Counted from the first letter of the stretch, positions 37,217 to 51,492 are shown. The stretch is 64,000 bases of DNA from Eledone cirrhosa (GCA_964016885.1 OZ024756.1:37634001-37698000), one strand, 5' to 3'. A program made the numbers and translations. Notes: generated by a model from the sequence alone, not told the origin.

Positions 37217-38866
37217 ATCTTAACATACATACTAGTCAAGTCATCGGTACACTTACCTACATCTTAACATATATACTAGTCAAGTTATCAGTACACTTAC
37301 CTACATCTTAACATATATACTAGTCAAGTTATCAGTACACTTACCTACATCTTAACATATATACTAGTCGAGTCATCGGTACACTTACCTACATCTTAAC
37401 ATATATACTAGTCAAGTCATCGGTACACTTACCTACATCTTAACATATATACTAGTCAAGTCATCGGTACACTTACCTACATCTTAACATACATACTAGT
37501 CAAGTCATCGGTACACTTACCTACATCTTAACATATATACTAGTCAAGTCATCGGTACACTTACCTACATCTTAACATATATACTAGTCAAGTCATCGGT
37601 ACACTTACCTACATCTTAACATATATACTAGTCAAGTCATCGGTACACTTACCTACATCTTAACATACATACTAGTCAAGTCATCGGTACACTTACCTAC
37701 ATCTTAACATATATACTAGTCAAGTCATCGGTACACTTACCTACATCTTAACTTAGATACTAGTCAAGTCATCGGTACACTTACTTACATCTTAACATAT
37801 ATACTAGTCAAGTCATCGGTACACTTACCTACATCTTAACATATATACTAGTCAAGTCATCGGTACACTTACCTACATCTTAACATATATACTAGTCAAG
37901 TCATCGGTACACTTACCTACATCTTAACATATATACTAGTCAAGTCATCGGTACACTTACCTACATCTTAACATACATACTAGTCAAGTCATCGGTACAC
38001 TTACCTACATCTTAACATATATACTAGTCAAGTCATCGGTACACTTACCTACATCTTAACATAGATACTAGTCAAGTCATCGGTACACTTACTTACATCT
38101 TAACATATATACTAGTCAAGTCATCGGTACACTTACCTACATCTTAATATACATACTAGTCAAGTCATCGGTACACTTACCTACATCTTAACATACATAC
38201 TAGTCAAGTCATCGATACACTTACCTACATCTTAACATATATACTAGTCAAGTCATCGGTACACTTACCTACATCTTAACATATATACTAGTCAAGTCAT
38301 CGGTACACTTACCTACATCTTAACATATATACTAGTCAAGTCATCGGTACACTTACTTACATCTTAATATATATACTAGTCAAGTCATCGGTACACTTAC
38401 CTACATCTTAACATATATACTAGTCAAGTCATCGGTACACTTACCTACATCTTAACATATATACTAGTCAAGTTATCAGTACACTTACCTACATCTTAAC
38501 ATATATACTAGTCAAGTTATCAGTACACTTACCTACATCTTAACATATATACTAGTCGAGTCATCGGTACACTTACCTACATCTTAACATATATACTAGT
38601 CAAGTCATCGGTACACTTACCTACATCTTAACATATATACTAGTCAAGTCATCGGTACACTTACCTACATCTTAACATACATACTAGTCAAGTCATCGAT
38701 ACACTTACCTACATCTTAACATATATACTAGTCAAGTCATCGGTACACTTACCTACATCTTAACATATATACTAGTCAAGTCATCGGTACACTTACCTAC
38801 ATCTTAACATATATACTAGTCAAGTCATCGGTACACTTACCTACATCTTAACATATATACTAGTCA
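37217..38866. repeat. 44-bp minisatellite, ~37 copies
   Basis: Unit ATCTTAACATATATACTAGTCAAGTCATCGGTACACTTACCTAC, in register at 37261, 37921, 38581 (660 = 15 x 44). Confidence 0.96.
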
Positions 38867-38963
38867 TATGTCTAATCTATTTCATTTATGTCTTTACTAC
38901 TACTACCACTACTACTACTACCACTACTACCACCACTACTAACACCACTACCACTACTACTAT

Positions 38964-39002
<39 letters not shown>

Positions 39003-39076
39003 AACTACTACTACTACTTCTACCACTAATACCACTAATAATAATAGTAATATTACTTCTACTACTACTACTACTA

Positions 39077-39122
<46 letters not shown>

Positions 39123-39237
39123 AACTACTACTACTACTTCTACCACTAATACCACTAATAATAATAGTAATATTACTTCTACTACTACTACTACTACCAC
39201 TACCACTACTACCACCACTACTAACACCACTACCACC

Positions 39238-39269
<32 letters not shown>

Positions 39270-40088
39270 CACCACTACTATTACTACTACTACTTCTACC
39301 ACTAATACCACTAATAATAATAGTAATATTACTTCTACTACTACTACTACTACCACTACTACTACTACTACAACCACTAAAACTACTACTACTACTACTA
39401 CCACTTCTACTACTACTTCTACCACCACCACTACCACCACCACTACCACCACTACTACCACTAATAATGATTTCTTTATTGGCCACAAGGGCTGACATCA
39501 AGATAATGATAGTAATATTACTTCATCATCTTTTACTACTACTACTACTACTACTACTACTATTACCACTAATATTACTTCATCTTTTTCTACAACTACT
39601 ACTGCTACTACTACTTCAATTATTATTATTGCTGCTGCTGTTGTTGTTGTTGTTGTTGTGTCAGCTGAGTTTGACTTCAGCTTTGCCTCCTTGCTGTTAT
39701 AAGTATTCTTTGTTGGTGTTTGGTTTGTTATGGTTGTTGTTGTTGTTTTGGAACATACATATATACACACACACACACACATATACATACACACACACAC
39801 ATATACATACATACATTTATATATATACATATGTGTGCAATACTTATATTACACACACATATATATATACATATATATATAAATATATATATTTATATAT
39901 ATATGTATATATATATATATTATTATTGTTATTATTATTATTACACATGTACTTTAATATAAATATTATTATTAAATATCAATATATATATATATATATA
40001 TAAATGTATTTATATCTGCATGCATTTATATATATATATATATATATATACTGTACCGATTGTGTTGTTATTTCTGTTTCCCTTTTAC

Positions 40089-40145
<57 letters not shown>

Positions 40146-40273
40146 TAAAGACGTGTGTCTATGTATCTATGTACATACATATATGTGTGTGAGTTTGTGT
40201 GCCAGCATGGAAAAACAGATATAAAACGATAATGGTGATTGATATGTGTGTGTGTATGTATATATATACATAC

Positions 40274-40355
<82 letters not shown>

Positions 40356-40383
40356 ACATACATGTATATACATATATATACAC

Positions 40384-40439
<56 letters not shown>

Positions 40440-40899
40440 CTATATATACATATATATACTATATATACATACATATATACATATATATACATACATATTT
40501 ATATATATACATACATATATATATATATAGATTTATAGATATACATATATATATACACACATTGTTAAGAAATCTAAATAATTTATTGAAATTTCAAAAT
40601 TCTTAGAGAGAAATCTGTAAAAACCATCCAATAAGTTGGCCAGGTTCCATATTTCTGAGGAATAAGATAAGCTTTTGTTACTTCTCTCTCTCTCTCTCTC
40701 TCTCTCTCTTTTCATGTCTTTCTCTCTTTGTCTTTCATGCACCCCCTATTCACTTCTCACTCTTTCTCTCTTTCCTGCTTCCATATCTCGCTCACCTCTC
40801 TCTTTCTCTCCCCATGTCTCCACTGCTCTCTATCTTTCTCTCTCTATCTCTCACTCACCTCCTCTTCCTTTTCACTATCTTTATCAGTGAGTTTTTAGC

Positions 40900-41495
40900 C
40901 AACACACATCTACACACCAGTCAACACACATCTACACACCACCCAACGCACATCTACACATCTACACACCAGTCAACACACATCTACACATCTACACACC
41001 ACCCAACACACATCTACACACCAGTCAACACACATCTACACACCAGTCAACACACATCTACACATCTACACACCACCCAACACACATCTACACACCAGTC
41101 AACACACATCTACACACCAGTCAACACACATCTACACACCACCCAACGCACATCTACACATCTACACACCAGTCAACACACATCTACACATCTACACACC
41201 ACCCAACACACATCTACACACCAGTCAACACACATCTACACACAAGTCAACACACATCTACACACCACCCAACGCACATCTACACATCTACACACCAGTC
41301 AACACACATCTACACATCTACACACCACCCAACACACATCTACACACCAGTCAACACACATCTACACACCAGTCAACACACATCTACACACCACCCAATG
41401 CACATCTACACATCTACACATCTACACACCACCCAACACACATCTACACACCAGTCAACACACATCTACACACTAGTCAACACACATCTACACAT
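40900..41495. repeat. ~22-30-bp minisatellite
   Basis: Tandem CAACACACATCTACACACCAGT / ...CCACC variants. Confidence 0.88.
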
Positions 41496-41641
41496 CATCA
41501 GAAATTTATAATAAACTGAAGTGAAAACCAACAGGTGCATGTGTTTTTATTGGCAACATGAGCCTCCACAATATCTGTTTCAACACACGTTTTCAGATAA
41601 GAAATCTTGCAAAACAAATTAAAAATGAAGTATATATATAT

Positions 41642-41700
41642 ATAGGAACGAGTAGGACCCCGACGGCTGAGCTCAAGCCGTTTCGACGGCTAATTCTGGA
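41642..41700 (-). ncRNA. 3' half of a hammerhead (family 3)
   Basis: TAGCCGTC GAA ACGGCT-TGAGCTC-AGCCGT C GGGGTCC: perfect 6-bp stem III and GUC site; the CUGANGA half is absent. Confidence 0.6.
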
Positions 41701-41855
41701 CTAAAATAATATATATATATATGTAGAGGTTATATTTAATTTGTTGGGATACAACAAGCTAAATATTTTTATAACTGATATAAAGCACTCAACAAATTAT
41801 TGGAGTAAATATACAATATATTAACAAATGGAAACTATATGTATAAAACCATATT

Positions 41856-41921
41856 TATTTCATTATACATATTTCAAGGGCCACCAAATCAAACTATCGT
41901 GCGCTTTCATCAGATAAAATA
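41856..41921 (-). ncRNA. Type I hammerhead motif (left arm)
   Basis: TATTTTAT CTGATGA AAGCGCACGATAGTTTGATTTGGTGGCCCTT GAAA TATGTA TA ATGAAATA. Confidence 0.78.
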
Positions 41922-42066
41922 TAATATAGGTTAGTTTTATAAATAAATATTGACATACCCTTAAAAAATGCAACCATTCTGGTTGGAGTATCCAGGAGAC
42001 TCCAACCAGAATGGTTGCATTTTTTAAGGGTATGTCAATATTTATTTATAAAACTAACCTATATTA

Positions 42067-42132
42067 TATTTTATCTGATGAAAGCGCACCATAGTTTCCT
42101 TTGGTGGCCCTTGAAATATGTATAATGAAATA
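42067..42132 (+). ncRNA. Type I hammerhead motif (right arm)
   Basis: TATTTTAT CTGATGA AAGCGCACCATAG-TTTC-CTTTGGTGGCCCTT GAAA TATGTA TA ATGAAATA. Confidence 0.82.
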
Positions 42133-42170
42133 AATATGGTTTTATAAATATAGTTTCCATTTGTTAATAT

Positions 42171-42217
<47 letters not shown>

Positions 42218-42349
42218 TCATCATCATCATCGTTTAACGTCCATGTTCCATGCTTGCAACATACATAATATGGATGCATCCAAGCAACCTTACCACAAAT
42301 ATATACATATATATTTGATGATGATGATGATGATATATTGATATATGTC

Positions 42350-42404
<55 letters not shown>

Positions 42405-42406
<2 letters not shown>

Positions 42407-42575
42407 TGCATCCTTTAAGGCCTCCATTCTTCCCGAGATCCGCCAACACTACAGCTAACACATACACACATGTACTTCCCTGACATTTGTGTATTATTCT
42501 ATGTACTATACATACACCTTTGACGAGTTGTAGTGCACCTGAGCACTTTACACAATAATTTCATTATTATTATTA
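42405..42575 (+). mobile_element. CR1/L2-like LINE 3' end
   Basis: Encodes ..TASFKASILPEIRQHYS*; matches the reverse complement of 47943-48147; (ATT)n tail. Confidence 0.8.
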
Positions 42576-42697
42576 TCATTATTTTTATTATATATATACA
42601 CACTGAATTAACATAATCTCCACTTGACATCATTAAATACTTTTATCCTGTCTTTGTAAATTCAAATGCACTTCTAAGTATACATACATACACACAC

Positions 42698-42799
<102 letters not shown>

Positions 42800-43299
42800 C
42801 ACACACATATATATATGTATATATATGTATGCTTATATATTATATATGTATGATGATGATACACACACAGATATATACACAGCTCACACACACATACACA
42901 CATACACACACAGCTCACACACACATACACACATAGCTCACACACACATACACACACACAGCTCACACACACATACACAGCTCACACACACACACAGCTC
43001 ACACACACACACACACATACAGCTCACACAGCTCACACACACATATACACACACAGCTCACACACACACACACACACATAGCTCACACACACACATACAC
43101 ACACAGCTCACACAGCTCTCACACACACATACACACACAGCTCTCACACACACACACACACACACAGCTCACACTAAACACATGTTCAGCTGACATGTCA
43201 ATATGATTCTCATCAAGGCATCTAAATTTCTTGAAGAGAACAATTAGCAATTTCTTAAGATTGAAGAGAAGTGTCGGGTGGGGGTGTGGTGAGATGGGG

Positions 43300-44379
43300 G
43301 TGGAGGTGGTGTGTAGATGGTGGTGGTGGAGGTCGTGGTTGTGGATGGTGGTGGAGTGTGGATGGTGGTGGTGGTGGCTTCAGTGTGTGGATGGTAGTGG
43401 TGGTGGTGGTTGTGGATGGTGTGTGGATGGTAGTGGTGGTGGTGGTGGTGGTGGTGGTGTGGATGGTGGTGGTGGTGGTTGGATGGTAGTGGTGGTGGTG
43501 TGTGGATGGTGGTGGTGGTGGTGTGGATGGTGGTGGTGGTGGTTGGATGGTAGTGGTGGTGGTGTGTGGATGGTGGTGGTGGTGTGTGAATGGTGGTGGT
43601 GGTGGTGTGTGGTTGTGGATGGTGGTGGTGGTGTGGATGGTGGTGGTGGTGGTTGGATGGTGGTGGTGGTTTGTGGATGGTGGTGGTGGTGGTGTGTGGA
43701 TGGTGGTGGTGGTGGTGGTGTGGATGGTGGTGGTGGTGGTTGGATGGTAGTGGTGGTGGTGTGTGGATGGTGGTGGTGGTGTGTGGATGGTGGTGGTGGT
43801 GGTGGTGTGTGGATGGTGGTGGTGGTGGTGGTGTGTGGATGGTGGTGGTGGTGTGTGGATGGTGGTGGTGGTGGTGTGTGGATGCTGGTGGTGGTGGTGT
43901 GTGGGTGGTGGTGGTGTGTGGATGGTAGTGGTGGTGGTGTGTGGATGGTGGTGGTGGTGTGTGGATGGTGGTGGTGGTGTGTGGATGGTGGTGGTGGTGG
44001 TGTGTGGATGGTGGTGGTGGTGGTGTGTGGATGGTGGTGGTGGTGGTGTGTGGATGGTGGTGATGGTGGTGTGGATGGTGGTGGTGGTGGTGTGTGGATG
44101 GTGGTGGTGTGTGGATGGTGGTGGTGTGTGGATGGTGGTGGTGGTGGTGTGGATGGTGGTGGTGGTGGTTGGATGGTAGTGGTGGTGGTGTGTGGGTGGT
44201 GGTGGTGGTGGTGGCAGTAGTTGTGGTGGCAACAACAACATCTGCTGGACCTCTAGTGGGGTAACATTAACAACTGCTGATGATGATGGTGATGATGATG
44301 ATGATGATGGTGATGGTGATGATGATGGTAATGATGATGGTAATGATGATGGTGATGATGATGGTGATGATGATGATGG

Positions 44380-44410
<31 letters not shown>

Positions 44411-44553
44411 GGTAATGATGATGGTGGTAATGATGATGGTGATGATGATGATGGTGATGATGATGATGATGATGATGGTGATGGTGATGATGATGGTGAT
44501 GATGATGATGGTAATGATGATGGTGGTAATGATGATGGTGATGATGATGATGG

Positions 44554-44584
<31 letters not shown>

Positions 44585-45080
44585 GGTAATGATGATGGTG
44601 GTAATGATGATGGTGATGATGATGGTGATGATGATGATGATGGTAATGATGATGGTGGTGATGATGATGGTGATGATGATGATGGTGATGATGATGATGA
44701 TGGTAATGATGATGGTAATGATGTTGGTGATGATGATGGTGATGATGATGATGGTGATGGTGGTGATGATGATGATGATGATGATGATGGTGATGATGAT
44801 GGTGATGATGATGATGGTGATGATGATGGTGATGATGATGGTGGTGATGATGATGATGATGATGATGGTGATGGTGATGATGATGGTAATGATGATGGTA
44901 ATGATGATGGTGATGATGATGGTGATGATGATGATGGTGATGATGATGGTGATGATGATGATGGTGATGATGATGGTGATGATGATGATGGTAATGATGA
45001 TGGTGGTGATGATGATGATATGGAGGAGGAGGAGGAGGAGGAGGAGGAGGAGGAGGAGGAGGAGGCGGAGGAGGAGGAAG
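43300..45080. repeat. Long compound (GGT)n/(GAT)n/(GGA)n simple repeats
   Basis: Direct inspection; comparable tracts at 22000-23220, 38895-39460, 49065-50790, 52635-53470 and 60020-60460. Confidence 0.95.
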
Positions 45081-45524
45081 ACAAGGACAAAGAGAAGACA
45101 ATATTGAAAAAGCAAAAATTCCTTAAATACCCCCCCCCCACCAAATTACATTAAAATATATAATTAAAAATATATGACTCAAAAGAAAAGTAAAACAAAA
45201 AAAGGGTAAACAAATACAGACCTACATACACATACATATATACACACACACACATACATATACATATATATATATATACATGCACACATACATATAAACA
45301 TAGATATACACATGCACATATATATACACACACATATATATACATACATATTCTTACATACATATATACATATATAAACATGCATATTCATACATATATA
45401 TACATATATATATATATATACATACATATATACACACACACAAACATTTTACACATATAACATATGTCCACACATGCACACAAATATATATATACATACA
45501 TATGTATATGTGTGTGTGTGTGTG

Positions 45525-45558
<34 letters not shown>

Positions 45559-46207
45559 CACACATTTATATACACACATAACACATATATACACACATAA
45601 CACATATATACACACAAAAGGGAGAAAGATATTTTATATTTTGTTAATTAACTAAATTACTAGTCTTTCATGGACGAAGTAAAATTGTAATAATACCATA
45701 TTAAGATGAAGGATTATTTCAAGTTAACAGGGAAAAGCTTGATAAGCAAAAGGCCTTCCTTCCTCCATTTTCTTTTCATTTTTTGTTTTATTTCGCCTTT
45801 TATTTTGTCTTCTATCTTTTATCATTTATCTAAGCAGAGAGAAAAGGAGGAAAATAGAATCAAAGATGGCCGCCCATGTTGATGGAACAATAGAGAGTGA
45901 TTTGAGACATTGAAAGAAAGAGGGAGAAAAAGAACAAAATAAAGAGCAGAAATGGAAGACAGGGTTACAGACAAGAGTAAAAAATTTTGATTGAAGTAAA
46001 TTTTGCTAATGTTAATAATGACATGTTTTGCATTTGTTTGTGTAGTTTCTACGGAATATAGGAATATCGTGGGAGAAAATTTGATTGCAGATAATGTTGG
46101 GATGATTGTGTGTATGTGTGTATGTGTTTCACATTTTTATGCTTATGTGCATATATATATATATATATATACATACATACACATATGTGTATATATACAC
46201 ATATATG

Positions 46208-46247
<40 letters not shown>

Positions 46248-46381
46248 TGTATATATACACATATATGTATATATATATATACATACACATATGTGTATAT
46301 ATACACATATATGTATATGTTTATATACATATATGTAAATATATATATATATATATACACATTCAAATATATGCATATGCG

Positions 46382-46413
<32 letters not shown>

Positions 46414-46589
46414 TACATGTGTATATCAGTATGTAAGTGTATATGTGTGTTTGCCTGTTTGCGTTTTATCCCACTATGTAGCTATGCATGCGCATGTGTA
46501 AATTATTGGACGTCTTTTGTGCATATATCTTCAAAAGTGTATCTGTTTATTTTCCGTTTGTGTCGATACATAATCTGTCTCTCTCACAC

Positions 46590-47289
46590 ATCATCATCAT
46601 CATCATCGTTTAACGTCCATCTTCCACGCTAGCATGGGTTAGACGGGAGTTGTCCCACTTGAGGCAAGGTTGGTTGAGTGGCCGTGTCTCACTCATATAC
46701 GACTATCTGGCAGGTTTTCTATGGCTGGATGCCCTTCCTAACACCAACCACATTTACAGTGTGGAACTGGGAACTTTTTACCGTGTTACCTACACGACCA
46801 CATTACAGCGTGGACTGTGTGTTTTTTTGTCGTGACACCTACACGATCTCGATCTCATTATCTCATTTATTTGGACTGGATGTTGTGGTACCAACTTTAC
46901 AAAGAGAGGGTGGTGTTGGTGGGAGTGGGAGGATAGGGTAGGGGTAGTGGATTGGGGTGTATATTTGGTTAAGAAGTGCCTACTGACTGTAGGTTTCACT
47001 TTGTACATAGGCAAGGTGGGTCTTCTGTATTATTGCGTAGCGCCAAAGATCTCAGTTCAGTGACATTGTCTTAGAGAGGTGTAGGTGTGTAAGGTCGGAA
47101 TTTATCAGATCGTCCCAGGTTTTTCTGGGTCTACCTACTCCGTAACTACCATCAATTTTGATCGCCCTGCACTTTTTTATACAGCTGTCGTCTTTCATGC
47201 GCATCACGTGGCCATACCAACGTAGTCTTCTCTCAAGTAAACAGCATCTGATCCCTCTTATTCCTAATTCCTCACTTAGTTCATTTATG

Positions 47290-47292
<3 letters not shown>
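46590..47292 (-). mobile_element. Second RTE LINE 3' fragment (diverged subfamily)
   Basis: Translates INELSEELGIRGIRCCLLERRLRWYGHVMRMKDDSCIKKC..GVGRPRKTWDD, homologous to the end of the 32243 ORF; 3'UTR and (GAT)n tail. Confidence 0.9.
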
Positions 47293-47346
<54 letters not shown>

Positions 47347-47362
47347 TATAGCAAGAAAAGAG

Positions 47363-47398
47363 TCTTAACGTTTCGGACACTAGTCCTTCATCAGAAGA
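47363..47398 (-). ncRNA. Minimal type I hammerhead motif
   Basis: TCTT CTGATGA A GGAC-TAGT-GTCC GAAA CG TT AAGA; palindromic AACGTT in place of stem III. Confidence 0.82.
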
Positions 47399-47480
47399 TA
47401 GAGTTAGAAATAGAAAATAAAGAGTGATAAGAGGAAGGAATGGGGAAAAAAATGAGAAAACAGCCACACATTTACCTTTT

Positions 47481-47538
<58 letters not shown>

Positions 47539-47744
47539 CAGACCGTCCAATGGTATACTGATACTGCCAATTAACAACAAAGATGAGAGTATGGAAAACG
47601 ATGGAACCCAACAAGAAGAAAAGGAACTGAATATTCGAGATGATGCAGGACGTGACATTAACATTGATGAACTGAAGGACATATCAGCAAAAGACAGACG
47701 GATGATTGCAGACATAAATCAGGAGGCAATAATCAAAAAAAGTT

Positions 47745-48333
47745 TTAATCCTTTAATGTTCAAACCGGCCAAAACCGGCCAGAATTCTCTACCTTTTTCT
47801 GTTGAAACTGGCTGTAACTGGTCACTCAAACTGATGTTAAGGTATTGTTTTCAAAATAAATACTTTCAAAATCTCATAGATTCGATATTTTGTGAGATAA
47901 TTATGTGAGATAAAGCATTTACCATGAAAATATAATAGTATAAAATAATAATGAAATTATTGTGTAAAATGCTCAGGTGCACTACAACTCGTCAAAGGTG
48001 TATGTATAGTACATAGAATAATACACAAATGTCAGGGAAGTGAATAGTGTATAAGTCATGATATGCATGTGTGTATGTGTATGGAGGGGGAACATTAGGT
48101 GTAGTGTTGGCGAATCTCGGGAAGCATGGAGGTTTTAAAGGATGCAGTGTCTCGACAGCTAACAACCGATGCAGGTAGTTTGTTCCATGCTTCAGCAACT
48201 CTGAGCGTGAAAAAATGTTTCCGAAAGTCATGGGAACTGTACTGTTTTCTGACTTTGTGGGCATGCCCACGTATGTTAGACACATGGAAATTATATAAGT
48301 ATATATAGAGTAATGTGAATGCTAAAGTTTTAA
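47745..48333 (+). mobile_element. piggyBac-like MITE interrupted by a CR1-like insertion
   Basis: 47745-47942 matches 9938-10105; the MITE resumes at ~48296 (AAGTATATATAGAGTAATGTGAATGCTAAAGTT-TTAA). Confidence 0.75.
47943..48290 (-). mobile_element. CR1/L2-like LINE ORF2 C-terminus plus 3'UTR
   Basis: NIRGHAHKVRKQYSSHDFRKHFFTLRVAEAWNKLPASVV..ASFK matches the RGH..K..R..FF..RV...WN.LP..VV...FK C-terminal motif of CR1-group ORF2. Confidence 0.88.
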
Positions 48334-48354
48334 AGGCCTCTACAATACAAGAGA

Positions 48355-48655
48355 GAGTCGGCACACTTGGAATGATAAAAAAGGGAACCTAAAAATATTT
48401 TGACTGGATACAAGATACATGGAAAGGTATCTCTGCAAGAGGTACAGAAAAAGTACTAACTGGCTCTGTCATTGTCCTGAGGACAGAATTATCAATTTAG
48501 ATACCTTACAAAGACACTGTTGTTTGTGCCCCTGTGGCATCATTTGTATGGCAATTGATTGTATAATGTGTATATTATAAAATTTAGCCTCAGGTGTCGG
48601 GTTGATACAGGGCATGGTTGCGGAAAGAAGTAGAATTCGAAGGAAGTTTAAAATA
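48355..48655 (+). mobile_element. Decayed R4/Dong-like non-LTR element 3' end
   Basis: VGTLGMIKKGT*KY.. then LQEVQKKVLTGSVIVLRTELSI*, resembling the C-terminus of RLE-type R4/Dong ORFs; contains an in-frame stop. Confidence 0.6.
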
Positions 48656-48661
48656 ATAAGA

Positions 48662-48833
48662 ATTGTTTCTACTTTTGGCACAAGGCCAGCAATTATTCCA
48701 GTATATTACTGGTACATTATTTTATCGACCCCGTAAGGATGAAAATTAACCTCAGCGGAATTTGAATTCAGACCGTAAAGGGGTGTGACTCCATACTGCA
48801 AAGCATGGCACCCGACCCGCTACCGATACTGCC
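48662..48833 (-). mobile_element. SINE family A
   Basis: Reverse complement of consensus with a small internal deletion. Confidence 0.85.
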
Positions 48834-50949
48834 ATAATAATCTCTATTGTAATAAGAGCGCTGTCTCTCTGTCTGTCCGTTCTTCAACATTCACTTTATA
48901 TAGAGAGGGGGAGTGCCAAGCAAGAGATATGTAGAGAGAGAGAGAGAAGGAAACAGAGTGTGCATTTGAGGTGACAGAAAGAGACAGAGAGACAGTTGTC
49001 TTCATCTGAGTGAAAGAGATGTACGTAAACAGAGAGAAAAGCAACTGTCATTTGTTTAGAGAGACAACAACACTACCACCAGTACTATCATGACCACCAC
49101 CAACAACAACTCTACTATTACTACCACCACCACCAATAACAACACTACTACCACCACCAGTCCTATCATGACGACCACCAACAACACTACTACCACCAGT
49201 ACTATCATGACCACCACCAACAACACTACCACCACCACCAGTCCTATCATGACCACCACCAACAACACTACCACCACCACCAGTACTACCATGACCACCA
49301 CCAACAACAACACTACTACCACCACCACCACCAACAACAACAACACTACCAACAACACCACCACCAACAACAACAACACCACCACCACCAACAACAACAA
49401 CAACAACACTACTACCACCACCACCATCACCTCCAACACTACCACTACCATCACCACCACCACCAATACTGTCTCAGAGTTTATAGTTTGGGTTTCACAT
49501 TTCTTGACAATTAATCATGGACAGCTTTTTAGGGAGGGGGGTGATCAATGTGATGGGGGAGGGGCTATCAATGTGATGGGGGAGGAGTGATCAATGTGAT
49601 GGGGGAGGGGTGAATCAATGTGATGGGGGAGGGAGTAGGATCAGATTATATTTTATTAAACAAAATGGTCACTTTTTAGGGATCAGTGAGGGGCTGATAG
49701 TGGTGGTGGTGGCGGAGGTGGTGTTGGTGGTGGAGGTAGTAGTGGTGGTGATGGTGGTGTTGCTTATAGTTGTGGTGATGATGGTCCTTTTGTTGGTGTT
49801 GGTGGTAGTGGTGCTGGTGGTGGTAGTGGTGCTGGTGGTGGTAGTGGTGCTGGTGGTGGTGGTGGTAGTGGTGGTGGTGGTGCTGGTGGTGGTAGTAGTG
49901 CTGGTGGTGGTAGTGGTGCTGGTGGTGGTGGTGGTGCTGGTGGTGGTAGTGGTGGTGGTAGTGGGGCTGGCGGTGGTAGTGGTGGTGGTGGTGGTGGTGG
50001 TGCTGGTGGTGGTAGTGGTGGTGGTGGTAGTGGTGCTGGTGGTGGTCTTTGTGTTGGTGGCAATTGTGAAGTGGTTGGTAGTGGTGATGGTGTTATTAGT
50101 GTTGTTGTTAATGGTGTGAATGGTGGTAGTGTTGTTGTAGGTGCTGGTGTTGTTAGTGGTGTTGGTGGTCTTGTTGTTGTTTGTAGTAGTGTTGGTGATG
50201 TTGTTGTTATTGATGGTGGTTGTGCTGCTGTTGTAGTAGTTGTGGTTTTGTTGTTGTTTGTGTCATTGTTGTTGTTGTTGTTGTTAATTGTTGTTGTTGT
50301 TAATTGTTGTTGTTGTTGTTAGCACATAAACAATTTTATCAACTCATAATAGAATTAGGTTTATTTGGAAAGAAATTTCAGTCTTCTAACCCCCACCACC
50401 ACACCATCCCACCACCACCACCACCCCCACCATCCCAACACCACCACCACCACCACACCATCACCACCACCACCACACCACCACCACCACCACCACCACC
50501 ACCACCACCACACCACCACCACCACCACCACCATCCCACCACCACCACCACCACCACCACCACCACCACCACCATCCCACCACCACCACCACACCACCAC
50601 CACCACGACCACGACCACGACCACCACCACCACCATACCACCACCACCACACCACCACCAACACCACCACCACCACCACTCCACCACCACCACCACCACC
50701 ACCATCACCACCACCACCACCACCACCGACACCACTGCTCAACCACCACCACCACCACCACCACCACCCCACCACCTCACCACCACCAATAAATGAAAAA
50801 TATTTCCAATTATTTCATGAATTTTGGTCTGACTCATGTTGGTGGTGTTTTGTTTTTTTTTCCTCGAGATTTTTTTTTTTTTTTCAAATTAGACAATTTA
50901 AATACATATATATCATCATCATCAACATCATCATCATCATCATCATCAA

Positions 50950-50981
<32 letters not shown>

Positions 50982-51044
50982 ACATCATCATCATCATCAT
51001 CATCAACATCATCATCAATATCATCATCATCAACATCATTATTG

Positions 51045-51492
51045 CTTTCTGATTTAAGCCCAAGGCCAACAATTTGTGGGGAGGGGAAAGTCAATTAAAT
51101 CGACCTCAGTATATTACTGGTACTTTATTTTACCGACCACATAAGGATGAAAGGCAAAGGTAACTTTGGCAGGATTTGAACTCAGAATGTAAAGGGCCGT
51201 AACTCTATGCCACAAAGCATGTTGTCCGATGCTCTACTGACTCTGACAATCCACTGCCCTCTATCAATAATAAAGGTTTCTGGTTTAGGCACAAGGCCAG
51301 CAATTTTGGCGGAGGGGAAAGCCAATTAAATCGATCCCAGTGTATTACTGGTAGTTTATTTTATCGACCACATAAGGATGAAATGCAAAGTTAACCTCGG
51401 CAGGATTTGAACACAGAATGTAAAGGGCCGTAACTCTATGCTGCAAAGCATGTTGTCCGGTGCTCTACCAATTCTGCCAATCCATCACCCTT
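51045..51492 (-). mobile_element. Two tandem SINE family A copies (long variant)
   Basis: 51045-51261 and 51277-51492 each match the reverse complement of 5848-6066. Confidence 0.87.

Larger units (their letters stand above)
41723..42179. mobile_element. Foldback element (family 1), second copy
   Basis: ~85-bp tail plus ~180-bp inverted arms (41809-41989 / 41999-42179) with a few mismatches, flanked by (TA)n. Confidence 0.87.
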
